DNA of 64,000 nucleotides from a bacterium (GTDB lineage Bacteria; Sysuimicrobiota; Sysuimicrobiia; Sysuimicrobiales; Segetimicrobiaceae): NCBI GenBank assembly GCA_035308905.1, contig DATGFS010000003.1, positions 418 to 64,417 of the forward strand, read 5' to 3'. Shown piece by piece: positions 63,111 to 64,000 of this stretch (position 1 is its first letter; each line of letters starts with the position of its first letter). The notes under the pieces were generated by a model. It saw only the letters and a program-made list of their open reading frames with translations, ran no database searches and was not told where the DNA came from. The position numbers and the translations under genes were made by a program.

Positions 63111-63656
63111 ATGTGGCGCCGGGTGCTGGACGACCTCAGCGTCGAGCACGCGCGATTCGAGGGGACCGAGTCCGGCCGCGAGATCTCGGGCGCGGTCATG
63201 CTCGCCGAGCAAGGCGCTCCCCTCCGCGTCGACTACCGGATCGCCTGCGACAAAGATTGGCGCACGCGGACGGTCGAGGTGCACACCGCCTGGCAGGGTG
63301 CGCGGCGGCTTCTGTGCCTGGAGCGCGACCCCGGCGGGCAGTGGCGGCGCGACGGAGAGCCGAGCCCAGAACTCGACGGGTGCGGCGACGTCGACCTCGA
63401 AGTCACGCCGGCCACCAACGCGCTCCCGGTCAATCGCCTGCGGCTTCCGGTCGGCGGGCGGCAGGAAATCCTCGCCGCGTGGGTCCGCTTTCCGTCCCTT
63501 CGCGTGATCCCGGCCCGGCAATCCTACGAACGGCTCGCGGAATCGCGATATCGCTACACGAGCCTCGAGAGCGGCTTCACCGCGCTCGTCGACGTGGATA
63601 CCGACGGTATTCCCATCGACTATGAGGGCATCTGGCGCCGGATCGCGGAAGGCTAA
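63111..63656 (+). CDS. 'Putative glycolipid-binding' family (DUF1089-like) protein
   Basis: MWRRVLDDLSVEHARFEGTESGREISGAVMLAEQGAPLRVDYRIACDKDWRTRTVEVH... About 180 aa. Family assignment is from memory of the conserved W..VDYRI pattern. Start could be 63087. Confidence 0.45.
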   Translation: MWRRVLDDLSVEHARFEGTESGREISGAVMLAEQGAPLRVDYRIACDKDWRTRTVEVHTAWQGARRLLCLERDPGGQWRRDGEPSPELDGCGDVDLEVTPATNALPVNRLRLPVGGRQEILAAWVRFPSLRVIPARQSYERLAESRYRYTSLESGFTALVDVDTDGIPIDYEGIWRRIAEG

Positions 63657-63725
63657 CCGACAACAGGGAGCGCGGAACGGCCTCCCGAAAGCCGAAGGGT
63701 GTTCGTCGAGATTCTGGCGCTGTCG

Positions 63726-64000
63726 ATGTTCGCGGGCGTGATCGGCGCGCTGCTCGGACTCGGCGGCGGGATCATCATCGTGCCCGCCCTCACGCTGCTG
63801 ATCGGCCTGCCGATCCGCTACGCCATCGGCGCCAGCATCGTGTCGGTCATCGCGACGAGCAGTGGCGCGGCCGCGGCGTACGTGCGCGGCGGCCTTGCGA
63901 ATCTCCGCATCGCCATCGGCCTCGAAGTCGCGACGACGGTCGGCGCGGTGTCCGGCGCCTTCATCGCCGGACACGTCCCCGTCCGCGTGCTGTACCTCAT
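63726..64000 (+). CDS. Sulfite exporter TauE/SafE (DUF81) family membrane protein, partial (runs off window end)
   Basis: MFAGVIGALLGLGGGIIIVPALTLLIGLPIRYAIGASIVSVIATSSGAAAAYVRGGLANLRIAIGLEV... is the typical TauE N-terminal Gly-rich TM pair. Confidence 0.7.
   Translation, partial: MFAGVIGALLGLGGGIIIVPALTLLIGLPIRYAIGASIVSVIATSSGAAAAYVRGGLANLRIAIGLEVATTVGAVSGAFIAGHVPVRVLYL

Noticed and set aside
63024-63974. 316-aa minus-strand ORF spanning the tRNA-Glu, the glycolipid-binding gene and the TauE gene
   Set aside because: It overlaps a tRNA and two plus-strand genes with recognisable family signatures. Shadow ORF.

Overview
This is a 64 kb high-GC (about 70%) bacterial chromosomal segment, densely coding on both strands and rich in GC-frame shadow ORFs. 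Gene content points to a high-GC, possibly Gram-positive-like or thermophilic lineage: an SLH-domain wall protein, a LonC-type protease and GH57 enzymes. That is an inference, not an identification.

Six blocks are visible:

- **Block 1, 1-18.5 kb.** An accessory metabolic island with five paralogous DegT/DnrJ/EryC1/StrS-family PLP aminotransferases. It also carries an amidase-signature amidase translationally coupled to a small AtzG/GatC-like ORF, an LmbE/PIG-L deacetylase and a D-2-hydroxyacid dehydrogenase. An ATPase-less peptide/opine-type ABC importer (SBP plus two permeases) is coupled to hydantoinase/oxoprolinase HyuA-HyuB, and a dihydropyrimidinase-like cyclic amidohydrolase completes the set. 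I could not match this combination to a described pathway; it is the strongest candidate for a novel system in the window.
- **Block 2, 18.5-31.5 kb.** Housekeeping genes: two tandemly duplicated M23 peptidases, rho, an SLH/BsuPI wall protein, argS, glpX, htrA and an accD-accA-accB-accC operon with a sigma70-like promoter and a 15-bp perfect hairpin terminator.
- **Block 3, 31.5-44.3 kb.** An SPFH protein, a STAS anti-sigma antagonist, an orphan MalK-like ATPase, and a glucosylglycerate/alpha-glucan locus: SIS PGI/PMI, GT4, gpgS, MscS, a GH57 branching-type enzyme, glgC and a large GH57. It resembles the mycobacterial MGLP-initiating genes.
- **Block 4, 44.3-49.4 kb.** An ECF sigma factor with a SnoaL-like extension, a type II NADH-dehydrogenase-like flavoprotein, and a MrfA/YprA-like DEXH helicase with a DUF1998 4-Cys domain.
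- **Block 5, 49.4-62.9 kb.** A mobile-element-like region:
  - a tail-anchored protein encoded by 33/66-bp tandem repeats;
  - a minimal type IV secretion/conjugation set (VirD4-like coupling ATPase, VirB6/TrbL-like, VirB4, VirB3-like, VirB2/TrbC-like pilin, two secreted proteins and one unknown bitopic protein);
  - a divergently transcribed LonC-type protease with a degenerate Walker A and a proline-rich C-terminal tail, an ImmA/IrrE metallopeptidase, and a low-GC DUF1059 mini-ORF absent from the ORF track.
- **Block 6, 63.0-64.0 kb.** tRNA-Glu(UUC), a 'putative glycolipid-binding' family protein, and a partial TauE/SafE exporter.

No CRISPR array, rRNA, integrase or relaxase was seen. All calls are from reading the sequence and ORF translations; no database search was possible.
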